Source: a candidate division FCPU426 bacterium (GTDB lineage Bacteria > Oederibacteriota > Muellerivitia > Muellerivitales > Muellerivitaceae). Taken from it: a stretch of DNA of 64,000 nt. Positions 29,935-39,343 of this stretch are shown one piece after another (position 1 is the first letter of the stretch; every line of letters begins with the position of its first letter). The position numbers and the translations under genes were made by a program. The notes below the pieces were generated by a model. It saw only the letters and a list, made by a program, of their open reading frames with translations, made no database searches and was not told the DNA's origin. The stretch is from NCBI GenBank assembly GCA_963738405.1, contig CAVTWJ010000005.1:1-64000 (forward strand), given 5' to 3'.

Positions 29935-30522
29935 ATGAGTCGAAAAATAGAATTTCATTACGATAACGCGGTTGATCAGGCGATGCGGGTCTTTTGGGGT
30001 AAGGGATACTCTGGAGCGTCGTTAAAAGACCTTCTCAAGGCGATGAAAATTGGAGAAGGCTCCTTCTACAATACCGTCAAAAGCAAAAAGCAACTCTACA
30101 TCGAATGCTTGAATCGATATGGAGAGGTTGAAGCCAAAAAAAGACATTTGGCCCTGACATCAGCCCCGAATGCGCGTCTCGGGATGCGGGCTTTGCTGGG
30201 CGCTATGTTCGATTGTCTCGATGATCCGAATAATCCTTCGTATCTTTGCATGTTCGCGGCAATGATTTCCGAAGATGTCATGGCTGATAAGGAATTAAAG
30301 AAAACGGCTGTTGCCACCGTTACTCATGCACAAAAGGTAATTGAAGATAAGCTGGATGAAGACAAAAAAGCGGGGCGTCTTCCTAAAAGCTATGACTCAC
30401 ATACAGTTGCCGCTGTCATAGCCACTTACTGTCAAGGTATATGGCGTATGGCCATGATTTCATATAAACGGGAACAGTTCGTGCGCGAATCAGAAGCATT
30501 TCTTCGAGGATTGGGTCTTTAG
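29935..30522 (+). CDS. TetR/AcrR family regulator
   Basis: AMRVFWGKGYSGASLKDLLKAMKIGEGSFYN HTH. Confidence 0.93.
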   Translation: MSRKIEFHYDNAVDQAMRVFWGKGYSGASLKDLLKAMKIGEGSFYNTVKSKKQLYIECLNRYGEVEAKKRHLALTSAPNARLGMRALLGAMFDCLDDPNNPSYLCMFAAMISEDVMADKELKKTAVATVTHAQKVIEDKLDEDKKAGRLPKSYDSHTVAAVIATYCQGIWRMAMISYKREQFVRESEAFLRGLGL

Positions 30523-30576
30523 GTTTTCCTAAATCACCCGGATGCACCCACTTCCAAGTCAGCAACATTTCTAGCC

Positions 30577-32865
30577 TTATAGCACCAATAATTGAAGCTT
30601 TTCCATCTTCGGGTTATAGGGCTTGGCGCCCCGCGTATGCCAGTTGGTCACAACCTTGTCCCATTCGCCTGGGTCCACTACAAACAAAACGTGTTTTCCA
30701 GGCGCGAGGTTTTGCAAATCGCCTTCCAATTGCTTAGGGCTCTCAACCAATTTCGGGGCCAGATCCACACCCCAAACATGATCGCCCGTAATCAATCCGG
30801 CGTTGGACGCCTGGGCCGAGACTTCCGATCGAGGCCCACGACTCGACGCACTTTGTCGCCCTTGGGCCATGAGCCCAACGGGTGGCTGTGCCAATTCCGA
30901 TGTGGAATTGGCAGCCGGGCTGTTTTGCCACATCCCATCCACCCGCCCCCCTTCGCCTAACAACACCCCTTGGTTCAGGTAAGGCAACCCGCCAACGGGC
31001 GCTTCTTTCCCGCCTCTGGCGTTGCGAATCCAAAATTCCAAGGCCGATACCAGGCGCGAACAATCTTCCGCCGTGGCGCATTGAAACACCAAGGGCATCT
31101 TCAACTCCGTCACCACCATTGACAGTTGGTAGACCGAATGGGGCGTCCCCGACAGAATCTCGATTTGACAGGTGTGGATGGCCCTAACGTCTTCCCAATA
31201 AAATTCAATCTTGCTGGGCCCGCCCAATGGAAGGCCAAAGGGGTTATCTCCCTGAAAGGTCAAAACCAGGCTCGACATGTTGGGCATGACATTGATGATC
31301 TTTTGGGTGTCCTTCCCCAATTTCATGGAATATTTTTCGGGGTTTTGGGTATCCCCGGTTCGGCGCCCGGCCATGTCGGGGTTGATGGAACTGTCGGGCG
31401 TGACGGGATAATCCTTAATCGTGGAAGGTAGTGGGATGGGTGCTATCTCCGCCTCCATCATTTCGATTGTTTCATCCGATGCCTGCCAGGCATGGCTGGG
31501 GAGATAGGCTTGGGTTGGGGTGTTAGAGACCGGAGTTGAAGACTTTTTACCCGAATGCTTCGGTTCAATCTTCTTGATGACAGCCGGAAGCGCTGATCCA
31601 ACGGTAGTTTGTGGTGAAGAGGGTGTTACCCCAGCTTGGTCTTCCTTGGAGGCCGCCGGACTGGTTTTACCCCAGGAGGGAATAAAGCCTTTCAGCCGGG
31701 AAAGCAGTTCACCCGGGTGGAAGAAATGGGTATAGACCGCCCAGGCGATCACCACCACCAGTGCCAACTGAAAGAACCCGATGAGCACCGGGCCAAAGAC
31801 CTTGCCCAATTGCCGGCCCACGAAATGGATCTGGGCCTTCACCACCTCCTTCCCTTCCTCGTAAACCCATTTCAGGATATGGAAAAAGACCGTCCCTAGG
31901 GTTAGCAGGCTTTTCCCCAGGATTTGCCCCACCGCTTCCCAGGGTTTCTTTGATAGCTTACCGAAGATGGCCTTAACCCCCGTCCCCTCAAAACCCTGCC
32001 AGACCTGCCCCAAATCTTCTTTTAAGGAAGAGGATGGCTTCTGCGCCTTCGGGGTTGTGTGGACATGGCCCTCCTTCGGCGTGGGGTTAGGGGCTTCAAC
32101 CTGACTTACTTCGGCCACGCTTGAAGCCACAGGGGTTTCAGGCACTTTTGCCCCCTCCTCAGCTTTTGCCGTCTTAGGGGACTTCACCCCCGGCTTGTAC
32201 TGTTCCGGTTCACCCCCCTGTTGGATATGAACGACCAGGCCCTTCACCTGGGCTTCGGTAAATTGGGGGTCAAGGACAAACGGTAGGGCCTTTTCGACCT
32301 TTTCTTGGTCGTTAAGGGCGGCTAATGCAAGTATTGGACGTTCGGAAATAGCCCCATCGTCACCTAAAAGTATGCGCTGCGCATAGATTTTCTCCCGTGA
32401 GTGGGTGTTTAGAGCACCTGCGATCTTAAGGGATCGGCTGACCGTAGACTGGTCAACCCCCAATTTCTTGGCAATTTGGGGTTGATAGGTTTTAGAGGCC
32501 CGGTTGTACAACTTTTGGATGATGATGGCTCTATCCAACCAGAACAAACCCTCCGATTCGTTATCAATAAAACCCTCAAAGTCATCATCTTCCGGCTTGG
32601 TATCCAATACCTCACAGCGCAGGGTTTCCAGCCCGGCTCTCTTGGCCGCCTCCAGGCGCCGGTGTCCCCCCAGCATGAGGTATTCGTAACCAGGGTATCG
32701 GGTAGCTTCTTCCGGGGCGAGCGGACGTACCTTGGCGGTGGTTTTTTGGCCCTCCTCCTTCATGGAATCAGACAGGGCCTGGATAGTTGCTTCAACCATG
32801 ACTTTTCGAGGCTGGTCAGGATTGGGCAGGATCTTATTAAGCGGGATTTGCATCAGTAGGGACAT
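30577..32865 (-). CDS. ParB/Spo0J-family N-terminal domain + HTH + transmembrane + extracytoplasmic (PDZ-like) fusion protein
   Basis: IPLNKILPNPDQPRK and GGHRRLEAA (ParB box II), HTH QPQIAKKLGVDQSTVSRSL, TM helix, C-terminal SPAA...AGLITGD PDZ-like motif. ATG follows a GGAGG RBS. Confidence 0.82.
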   Translation of the reverse strand: MSLLMQIPLNKILPNPDQPRKVMVEATIQALSDSMKEEGQKTTAKVRPLAPEEATRYPGYEYLMLGGHRRLEAAKRAGLETLRCEVLDTKPEDDDFEGFIDNESEGLFWLDRAIIIQKLYNRASKTYQPQIAKKLGVDQSTVSRSLKIAGALNTHSREKIYAQRILLGDDGAISERPILALAALNDQEKVEKALPFVLDPQFTEAQVKGLVVHIQQGGEPEQYKPGVKSPKTAKAEEGAKVPETPVASSVAEVSQVEAPNPTPKEGHVHTTPKAQKPSSSLKEDLGQVWQGFEGTGVKAIFGKLSKKPWEAVGQILGKSLLTLGTVFFHILKWVYEEGKEVVKAQIHFVGRQLGKVFGPVLIGFFQLALVVVIAWAVYTHFFHPGELLSRLKGFIPSWGKTSPAASKEDQAGVTPSSPQTTVGSALPAVIKKIEPKHSGKKSSTPVSNTPTQAYLPSHAWQASDETIEMMEAEIAPIPLPSTIKDYPVTPDSSINPDMAGRRTGDTQNPEKYSMKLGKDTQKIINVMPNMSSLVLTFQGDNPFGLPLGGPSKIEFYWEDVRAIHTCQIEILSGTPHSVYQLSMVVTELKMPLVFQCATAEDCSRLVSALEFWIRNARGGKEAPVGGLPYLNQGVLLGEGGRVDGMWQNSPAANSTSELAQPPVGLMAQGRQSASSRGPRSEVSAQASNAGLITGDHVWGVDLAPKLVESPKQLEGDLQNLAPGKHVLFVVDPGEWDKVVTNWHTRGAKPYNPKMEKLQLLVL

Positions 32866-33043
32866 AGGGACCTCCAAATAGTTTCTGTAATCACTGCATT
32901 GGGGAAAAATAATTCAGAGCTTTTTGGGAGGCAATTGAAAAAGGAATCGGGAAGGATTTTTTTCAGCACAAGATTTGTCCTGAGACCCTTTTTCGGACAA
33001 AAATTAAACAAAAATGGGGTGAACTTTCGGCTACCAGCTTTTT

Positions 33044-33454
33044 TTATAACCTGAGCAGGTCCACCACTTTCCTCGGGGTCACTATCTCGACCCCCTCGTA
33101 CTGGCCCAATGGGATCAAATGGCCTTTATCCCCCGTCACCAGATAATGAGCCCTGCCGGCCACCGCGCATTCCAAGACCCGGTTGTCAGCCTCGCAAGCC
33201 GGGATGACCGAAAGCACCAGCTTGGATTCAATCAATTGGGTGTGTTGGATGACATATTTCAGCCGCGCTTCCACCAGGGATCCCGGCATTTCGAATTTTC
33301 GGTGAAGAACTTCTTCGATTTCCTTCAAAATAAACCGGGACATCAAAAAACGCAGGTCCTCACGGCCCCGGGCGCGCACCAGCTTGTCGCACAAGCCCCC
33401 GGGAGTGAGAAAGGCGGAAATCCAAACGTTGGTGTCGAGTACGAGGCGGAACAA
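33044..33454 (-). CDS. PIN-domain toxin (PIN_3-like)
   Basis: VLDTNVWISA...ADNRVLECA...LVTGD. Confidence 0.9.
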   Translation of the reverse strand: MFRLVLDTNVWISAFLTPGGLCDKLVRARGREDLRFLMSRFILKEIEEVLHRKFEMPGSLVEARLKYVIQHTQLIESKLVLSVIPACEADNRVLECAVAGRAHYLVTGDKGHLIPLGQYEGVEIVTPRKVVDLLRL

Positions 33455-33455
33455 C

Positions 33456-33710
33456 CTAAGCCTTCGGGCGCTTAGGGTTTCTAATCTCCCGTATCAAGCC
33501 TTCCACATCCTGCTCGGTTCTCACGCCTTTGGCGGTGGCGTAGGGTGCGGCCTCTTCCTGCATGGCTTTCCAATGATGGTCGTCCACATACCGCAGAACC
33601 GCTTCCTTGATGAACTCACTGCGGGATTGATGCTTTTCCTTGGCGATTTTGCCCGCCTCTTTCAATATTTCAGCCGGGAGCGAAATGGAAGCCACCACTT
33701 TGTTAGCCAT
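33456..33710 (-). CDS. Ribbon-helix-helix (CopG-like) antitoxin
   Basis: VASISLP...SRSEFIKEAV; lies directly upstream of the PIN toxin. Confidence 0.88.
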   Translation of the reverse strand: MANKVVASISLPAEILKEAGKIAKEKHQSRSEFIKEAVLRYVDDHHWKAMQEEAAPYATAKGVRTEQDVEGLIREIRNPKRPKA

Positions 33711-34121
33711 AAGTGCCCCTTATGATTTGTTATTAACTATTATTAATAATTAACATATTTTATTTATTTTGGCAAGCCGCGGATGTTCGCCCACATTACC
33801 AAATTCATTACCTAATTAATGAGGTATTACCTAATTGGACACCTTCCACGAGGCTTCAAGTGGCTTTGGGTTTTGATGTATTTTTATACTTATTGTGGGA
33901 AGTGCGGGACAACCGCATGAAAGCGTTTTGAGAAGCCAGTTCTTGTGCAAAAAACGCGAAAAGACGAGGGTAGTTTTTTGGGTCAGTTTGTTCTTTGGAA
34001 AAGAAAAGCCAGGGCCTTGGTGAGTCGTCCAGAATTCGAAGCGGGTCTACTGGCTGGTTTATCAAATTACTTTTAATGCTGTTATTAGTAATCCTGATTA
34101 ATAAATTACATACTTCAATTT

Positions 34122-34601
34122 TTACTTTGTTTTATTAACCCGCAAATGCAATTCGTGATCTTTAAATATTGATTCATCAAAATTATTAAGCAAATGACTT
34201 TTCTTTATTCTTTTCCTCAATCTAACTAATTCAAGTAATTCATCGTTCAAGCCTTCTTTAGTTAGATTTATTACATCCCGTTGAGCCAAAAGGTTAAAGT
34301 TTTGTATTATCAGATAATCAATTCCAACAGTTTTAAATAGAACCATATAATTTAATATGTGCCAGTAAGAATGATCTAAAGCAAAATATCTATCACGAAT
34401 GGCGCTACCAAGTTTTATTCTCTTATCCAAATAATCAAGATATTTTGGTAATTGGTTTTTCATTCTTGGATAAATAAATCCAATAAATATCAGACAGCAA
34501 CAAGTCACTAACCAATAAATCCAATCCTGATAATGTTCTAGCAATAGGGTTACAGAAGCCCCAAAAACAGCTAATGAAATTGATAACAAGATATCTGTCA
34601 T
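34122..34601 (-). CDS. AT-rich hypothetical membrane protein
   Basis: 159 aa, two N-terminal hydrophobic helices, inside the islet. Confidence 0.6.
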   Translation of the reverse strand: MTDILLSISLAVFGASVTLLLEHYQDWIYWLVTCCCLIFIGFIYPRMKNQLPKYLDYLDKRIKLGSAIRDRYFALDHSYWHILNYMVLFKTVGIDYLIIQNFNLLAQRDVINLTKEGLNDELLELVRLRKRIKKSHLLNNFDESIFKDHELHLRVNKTK

Positions 34602-35142
34602 AAAAGGGTAATTCCTTAATGATTAGACTGGAATATATTCTACGCTTTTACCCACTGTTTAAAATAAAGCTAACTGGTTATTTGAACTCTAATAACATAA
34701 CAGGCTTTTTCCCATTAAGTAGATATGGGCCGCCCACCACTTGACCCCGCCAGCAATTCAGAGGGATAATTCAAAGGTCGGTGCTTTGCCTTAGCACTCT
34801 TTTTATTTGAGAAATACTTTTAATTTGAGTGCGGGCATCTCAACACACCGGCAAAACAAGCAAGAGTAAACAAGTTTTACCAGCTTCAACGATGTTACAA
34901 GCCTCTGGAACGTTGGAAGTAAGTTTTATTGACACGGCGAAGAAAAAAGCAGGGGATTTACCAGTAATTAAATCTTGATACAAGGTAAAATCCCGTTCAG
35001 TTTCCTGCTTCTGAACACTAAGGGTTTTATCTTGAGTGACTCAAAGCGGAAACGCTTTAAAACTAACACCAATACCAGGACTGTTTGGCGTCATTTCCAA
35101 GCGTGGCCTTCCCCCAGGGTATTCAAAACCAAGGGTGAGACT

Positions 35143-35310
35143 ATGCCGAAACCTAAAAAGCCCTCTTTCTTCCCTGAAAACACCTCAATCATTGAACGAA
35201 TAGAAAAGGTTGGTTCTGTTTTATTAAAATGGGTTTCAGTTTTTACCGTCTTGAATGTCCATAACTGGCTTCCGGCTGTCCTGATATTCATAAACAATCA
35301 TTTCCATTAA
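35143..35310 (+). CDS. Small hypothetical membrane peptide
   Basis: 55 aa from an ATG with AGGGTGA RBS-like sequence; hydrophobic C-terminal half. Confidence 0.35.
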   Translation: MPKPKKPSFFPENTSIIERIEKVGSVLLKWVSVFTVLNVHNWLPAVLIFINNHFH

Positions 35311-35393
35311 TTCGAGGTTTTTTGATGTTGTTCGTGGGCGGGGTCATGCCTGAAAAAAGAAAATTCCAAAACCCATTAAAAAGCCAGGGCCTC

Positions 35394-35468
35394 GGTGAGT
35401 CGTCCGGGGATCGAACCCGGGACACCCACATTAAAAGTGTGGTGCTCTACCAGCTGAGCTAACGACTC
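35394..35468 (-). tRNA. tRNA-Lys(TTT)
   Basis: GAGTCGTTAGCTCAGCTGGTAGAGCACCACACT[TTT]AATGTGGGTGTCCCGGGTTCGATCCCCGGACGACTCACC(G). Confidence 0.96.
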
Positions 35469-35526
35469 ACGGAGGCCCCGGAAATAATCAAATTACGGGG
35501 GGGACGTACTATATCAAAAACTACCA

Positions 35527-36960
<1,434 letters not shown>

Positions 36961-37103
36961 TCAATTTAAACCTTCTAACAAACTACAGCTTTATCACGGC
37001 GATGCTTCGCACCGCACAGAGGCGCGGTTTTAAACCCTTGAATTTAATGTTTTCCGAACTGAACTGTTGGCGTACCAAACACCTAAACAAAAAAGTAACC
37101 CCA

Positions 37104-37181
37104 TTTAGCCACAGATGCATTGGATGCATTGGATAAAGGCTTAAAGGCCCATCCCATTTATCCCATGAATCTGTGGCTAAA
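37104..37181. repeat. Short inverted-repeat element, same family as the copies at 5633-5725 and 5898-5990
   Basis: TTTAGCCACAGAT ... ATCTGTGGCTAAA terminal inverted repeats; shares TCCCATGAATCTGTGGCTAAAA with the other copies. Confidence 0.8.
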
Positions 37182-37231
37182 AAAATGTTAGGGGTTTTTG
37201 ATTTTTTAGTACGTCAAAGACACTATTCCAA

Positions 37232-37906
37232 TTAGTGGGTCGCCCTTTTTTTGTGCCTGGCGGTCCAAAGCGAGTAAAGCGACAAGGCGACACTGAGAAG
37301 ACACAAAAGGATGAGCCAAAGAAGGTTTCCCCAACGCTCGCTGCCCATCTTCAAAAACTGCTGGTAAAGTTCGGCCTGCGAGTTTTTCAATTCCTGGAAC
37401 TGGCCCGAACTGTTCATGCTGACCATGTCGTGGATCACTTCCAGCTGTCCCGCCAATTGGTTGGCCCGAATGGTCTGAACCCTCCGGTTATTGTCCTCTT
37501 GCGCCTTGACGGTATCGATCTCGCTTTGAAGATGGGACAAATCGGGCGAAGGAAGGGACGAATCCTGGGCAACCGCCGGGGGCGGTTCGGCGGCGGTATG
37601 CTTTCCCGCGAGCCAAATCACCGTTTTGCCTTCGTTATCTTTTTCAGCGGACAAGAGGGCCAATAGGTTTTTCGATTTCTCGTAGCTCGAATCTTTTTCA
37701 AGGGACTGGGCCGTATAGACAATGGCCTTGTCGTAATCTCCATCGAGATAACTGGAGAGGGCCTGGCGGTAGTAGGTTTCAGCATCGTCGGCCGCCGTGG
37801 GGGTAAGGACTACGGTGGGGCTGGGCAACGGCAGCATTTGGGCCTGTGCCCCGCCCAAAATCGCCGGAATCAGCGCTAAAACAAAAAGCCAAGTTCTCAA
37901 ATTCAT
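37232..37906 (-). CDS. Exported TPR/coiled-coil protein with C-terminal membrane anchor
   Basis: Signal peptide, one TPR (YYRQALSSYLDGDYDKA), coiled coil, C-terminal TM helix. Confidence 0.7.
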   Translation of the reverse strand: MNLRTWLFVLALIPAILGGAQAQMLPLPSPTVVLTPTAADDAETYYRQALSSYLDGDYDKAIVYTAQSLEKDSSYEKSKNLLALLSAEKDNEGKTVIWLAGKHTAAEPPPAVAQDSSLPSPDLSHLQSEIDTVKAQEDNNRRVQTIRANQLAGQLEVIHDMVSMNSSGQFQELKNSQAELYQQFLKMGSERWGNLLWLILLCLLSVALSLYSLWTARHKKRATH

Positions 37907-39315
37907 TTGCTGTCCCCTTCTGGAACCAATCCTTCGTGATGGCTGGTTTCCAGCTTTCTCAACAGGTCTTTAATTTCGTAATTATTCGGATCGACTTCCT
38001 CCGCCTTTCGGGCGGAAAAGAGGGCGGCCGGCAGGTCGTTGGCCTCAAAGGACTGGGTACCGGCGTCATAAAAATGCTTGGCATCATCCGACATGGGCCG
38101 GGGAGAGGTGATCCAATCGTCGCAGCGGTCTTTTTCTTCGGTCCCCACCACCGAGCGGATATAGATGTGGTACCGGACGCCGTTTTGGGCGCCCCGCAAA
38201 AGGCAATAATCGCTGGTCAACACCTGTTGCTTGGCCCTGCGGTAATCCAGATCGGAGTCGGTTTTTAAATAAACGTAATAACCATCCGCGCGGCTTCCTT
38301 CGGGAATTTCCCACTTCAGATATATTTTTTCGTCCCCGACGTAGGATTCGACAATGTGGGGTTTGGGGGCGGGCGGACCCGAGCTTTCGAAATCCCAGGC
38401 CACCGACAGGCGGTGGCTGTTGCCCAGGTTGTCCGAATGGGTCATGAAGGCGTATTCGACGGTCCATTGCTGGTTGCGGTAGCTGGCCCCCAGGCTGAAA
38501 TCCCCCGGAAGGGTCAAGAAGCTGGTATAGCCGCCCCGCAAACCCAGCTTGCCATCCAAGAACCAATGTTCCAAACCTGAGCGAATGCGGAGGTTTTGGT
38601 CGTTCAACAAAACGTCGTTGCTTAATGTCCAGGGCACATCAACCGCCAGAAGGGTTTGAGGGTCAAAATAAAAAGCCACACCTGGGGTCAAAACCGAGGG
38701 AACGGACTGTTCAATGCCGGTTTGGTCAAAACGAATCGAGGTGGTGAGATCCGTCAGGGCCAGCCCCGCGTTCAACTGCATGTTGTTTTCCAGCGGTTGT
38801 TTAAAAAGAAGTCCCAAATCAACCCCAACCCCTTCCACCGTTCCCGCCCCCGCCGAACCGGTGTCGGCATAAAGGTAGCGGACGTTGAGGCCGCCGAACC
38901 AGCGGTGGTCTTTTACCATATCCAGGGGGATCGCCGCCGAGGCGGTGTATTGGTCCTCGTGGGAACCAGGGATATCGGTGTAGAAAATATTGTTCGTGCT
39001 GATGCCGAAGTGAATGTCGTTTTTGAGTACGCCTTCAAACGAAAAATAGAGGTTGCGGTCCTTGTCGTTGAAATAGGAACCGTACATTCCGTAAATTTCA
39101 GGCCCCGGCAATTGGGCCAACCCCGCCGGGTTCCAATAGGCCGCGCTGGGATCGTCGGCGATCGCCACGAAGGCCCCCGCTAAACCCATGGCCCGGGTGC
39201 CCACGCCCAATTCCCCGCCCCGGTCAAAGAGCGCCCAGCTGGGGGAACCCAGAAGGAACAAAACGGCGGTCAAGAAAAACGGGGTCGAAGCCCCACTCAA
39301 TGACTTTCGGATCAT
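37903..39315 (-). CDS. PorV/PorQ(UPF0164)-like barrel with FN3-like and TPR C-terminal domains
   Basis: GVGTRAMGLAGAFVAIADDPSAAYWNPAGLA; LGNSHRLSV barrel end; IYLKW..P...DGYYVY FN3-like segment. Alternative start is TTG at 39327. Confidence 0.8.
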   Translation of the reverse strand: MIRKSLSGASTPFFLTAVLFLLGSPSWALFDRGGELGVGTRAMGLAGAFVAIADDPSAAYWNPAGLAQLPGPEIYGMYGSYFNDKDRNLYFSFEGVLKNDIHFGISTNNIFYTDIPGSHEDQYTASAAIPLDMVKDHRWFGGLNVRYLYADTGSAGAGTVEGVGVDLGLLFKQPLENNMQLNAGLALTDLTTSIRFDQTGIEQSVPSVLTPGVAFYFDPQTLLAVDVPWTLSNDVLLNDQNLRIRSGLEHWFLDGKLGLRGGYTSFLTLPGDFSLGASYRNQQWTVEYAFMTHSDNLGNSHRLSVAWDFESSGPPAPKPHIVESYVGDEKIYLKWEIPEGSRADGYYVYLKTDSDLDYRRAKQQVLTSDYCLLRGAQNGVRYHIYIRSVVGTEEKDRCDDWITSPRPMSDDAKHFYDAGTQSFEANDLPAALFSARKAEEVDPNNYEIKDLLRKLETSHHEGLVPEGDSK

Positions 39316-39343
39316 ACGGAATTTCAATTCCGACCTTTCGCTC

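Larger units (their letters stand above)
34004..35405. mobile_element. att-bounded islet at the tRNA-Lys 3' end (no integrase seen)
   Basis: 27-bp direct repeat AAAAGCCAGGGCCT(T/C)GGTGAGTCGTCC at 34004-34030 and 35379-35405, the second overlapping the tRNA 3' end. The interior is visibly AT-rich. Confidence 0.75.

Noticed and set aside
30577..32865. Chromosomal parB/spo0J
   Set aside because: No parA or origin-region context, and it carries TM and outer domains, so the parB symbol was not assigned.
33856..34065. 69-aa ORF across the att copy
   Set aside because: No RBS or recognisable motif; it spans the tRNA-derived repeat.
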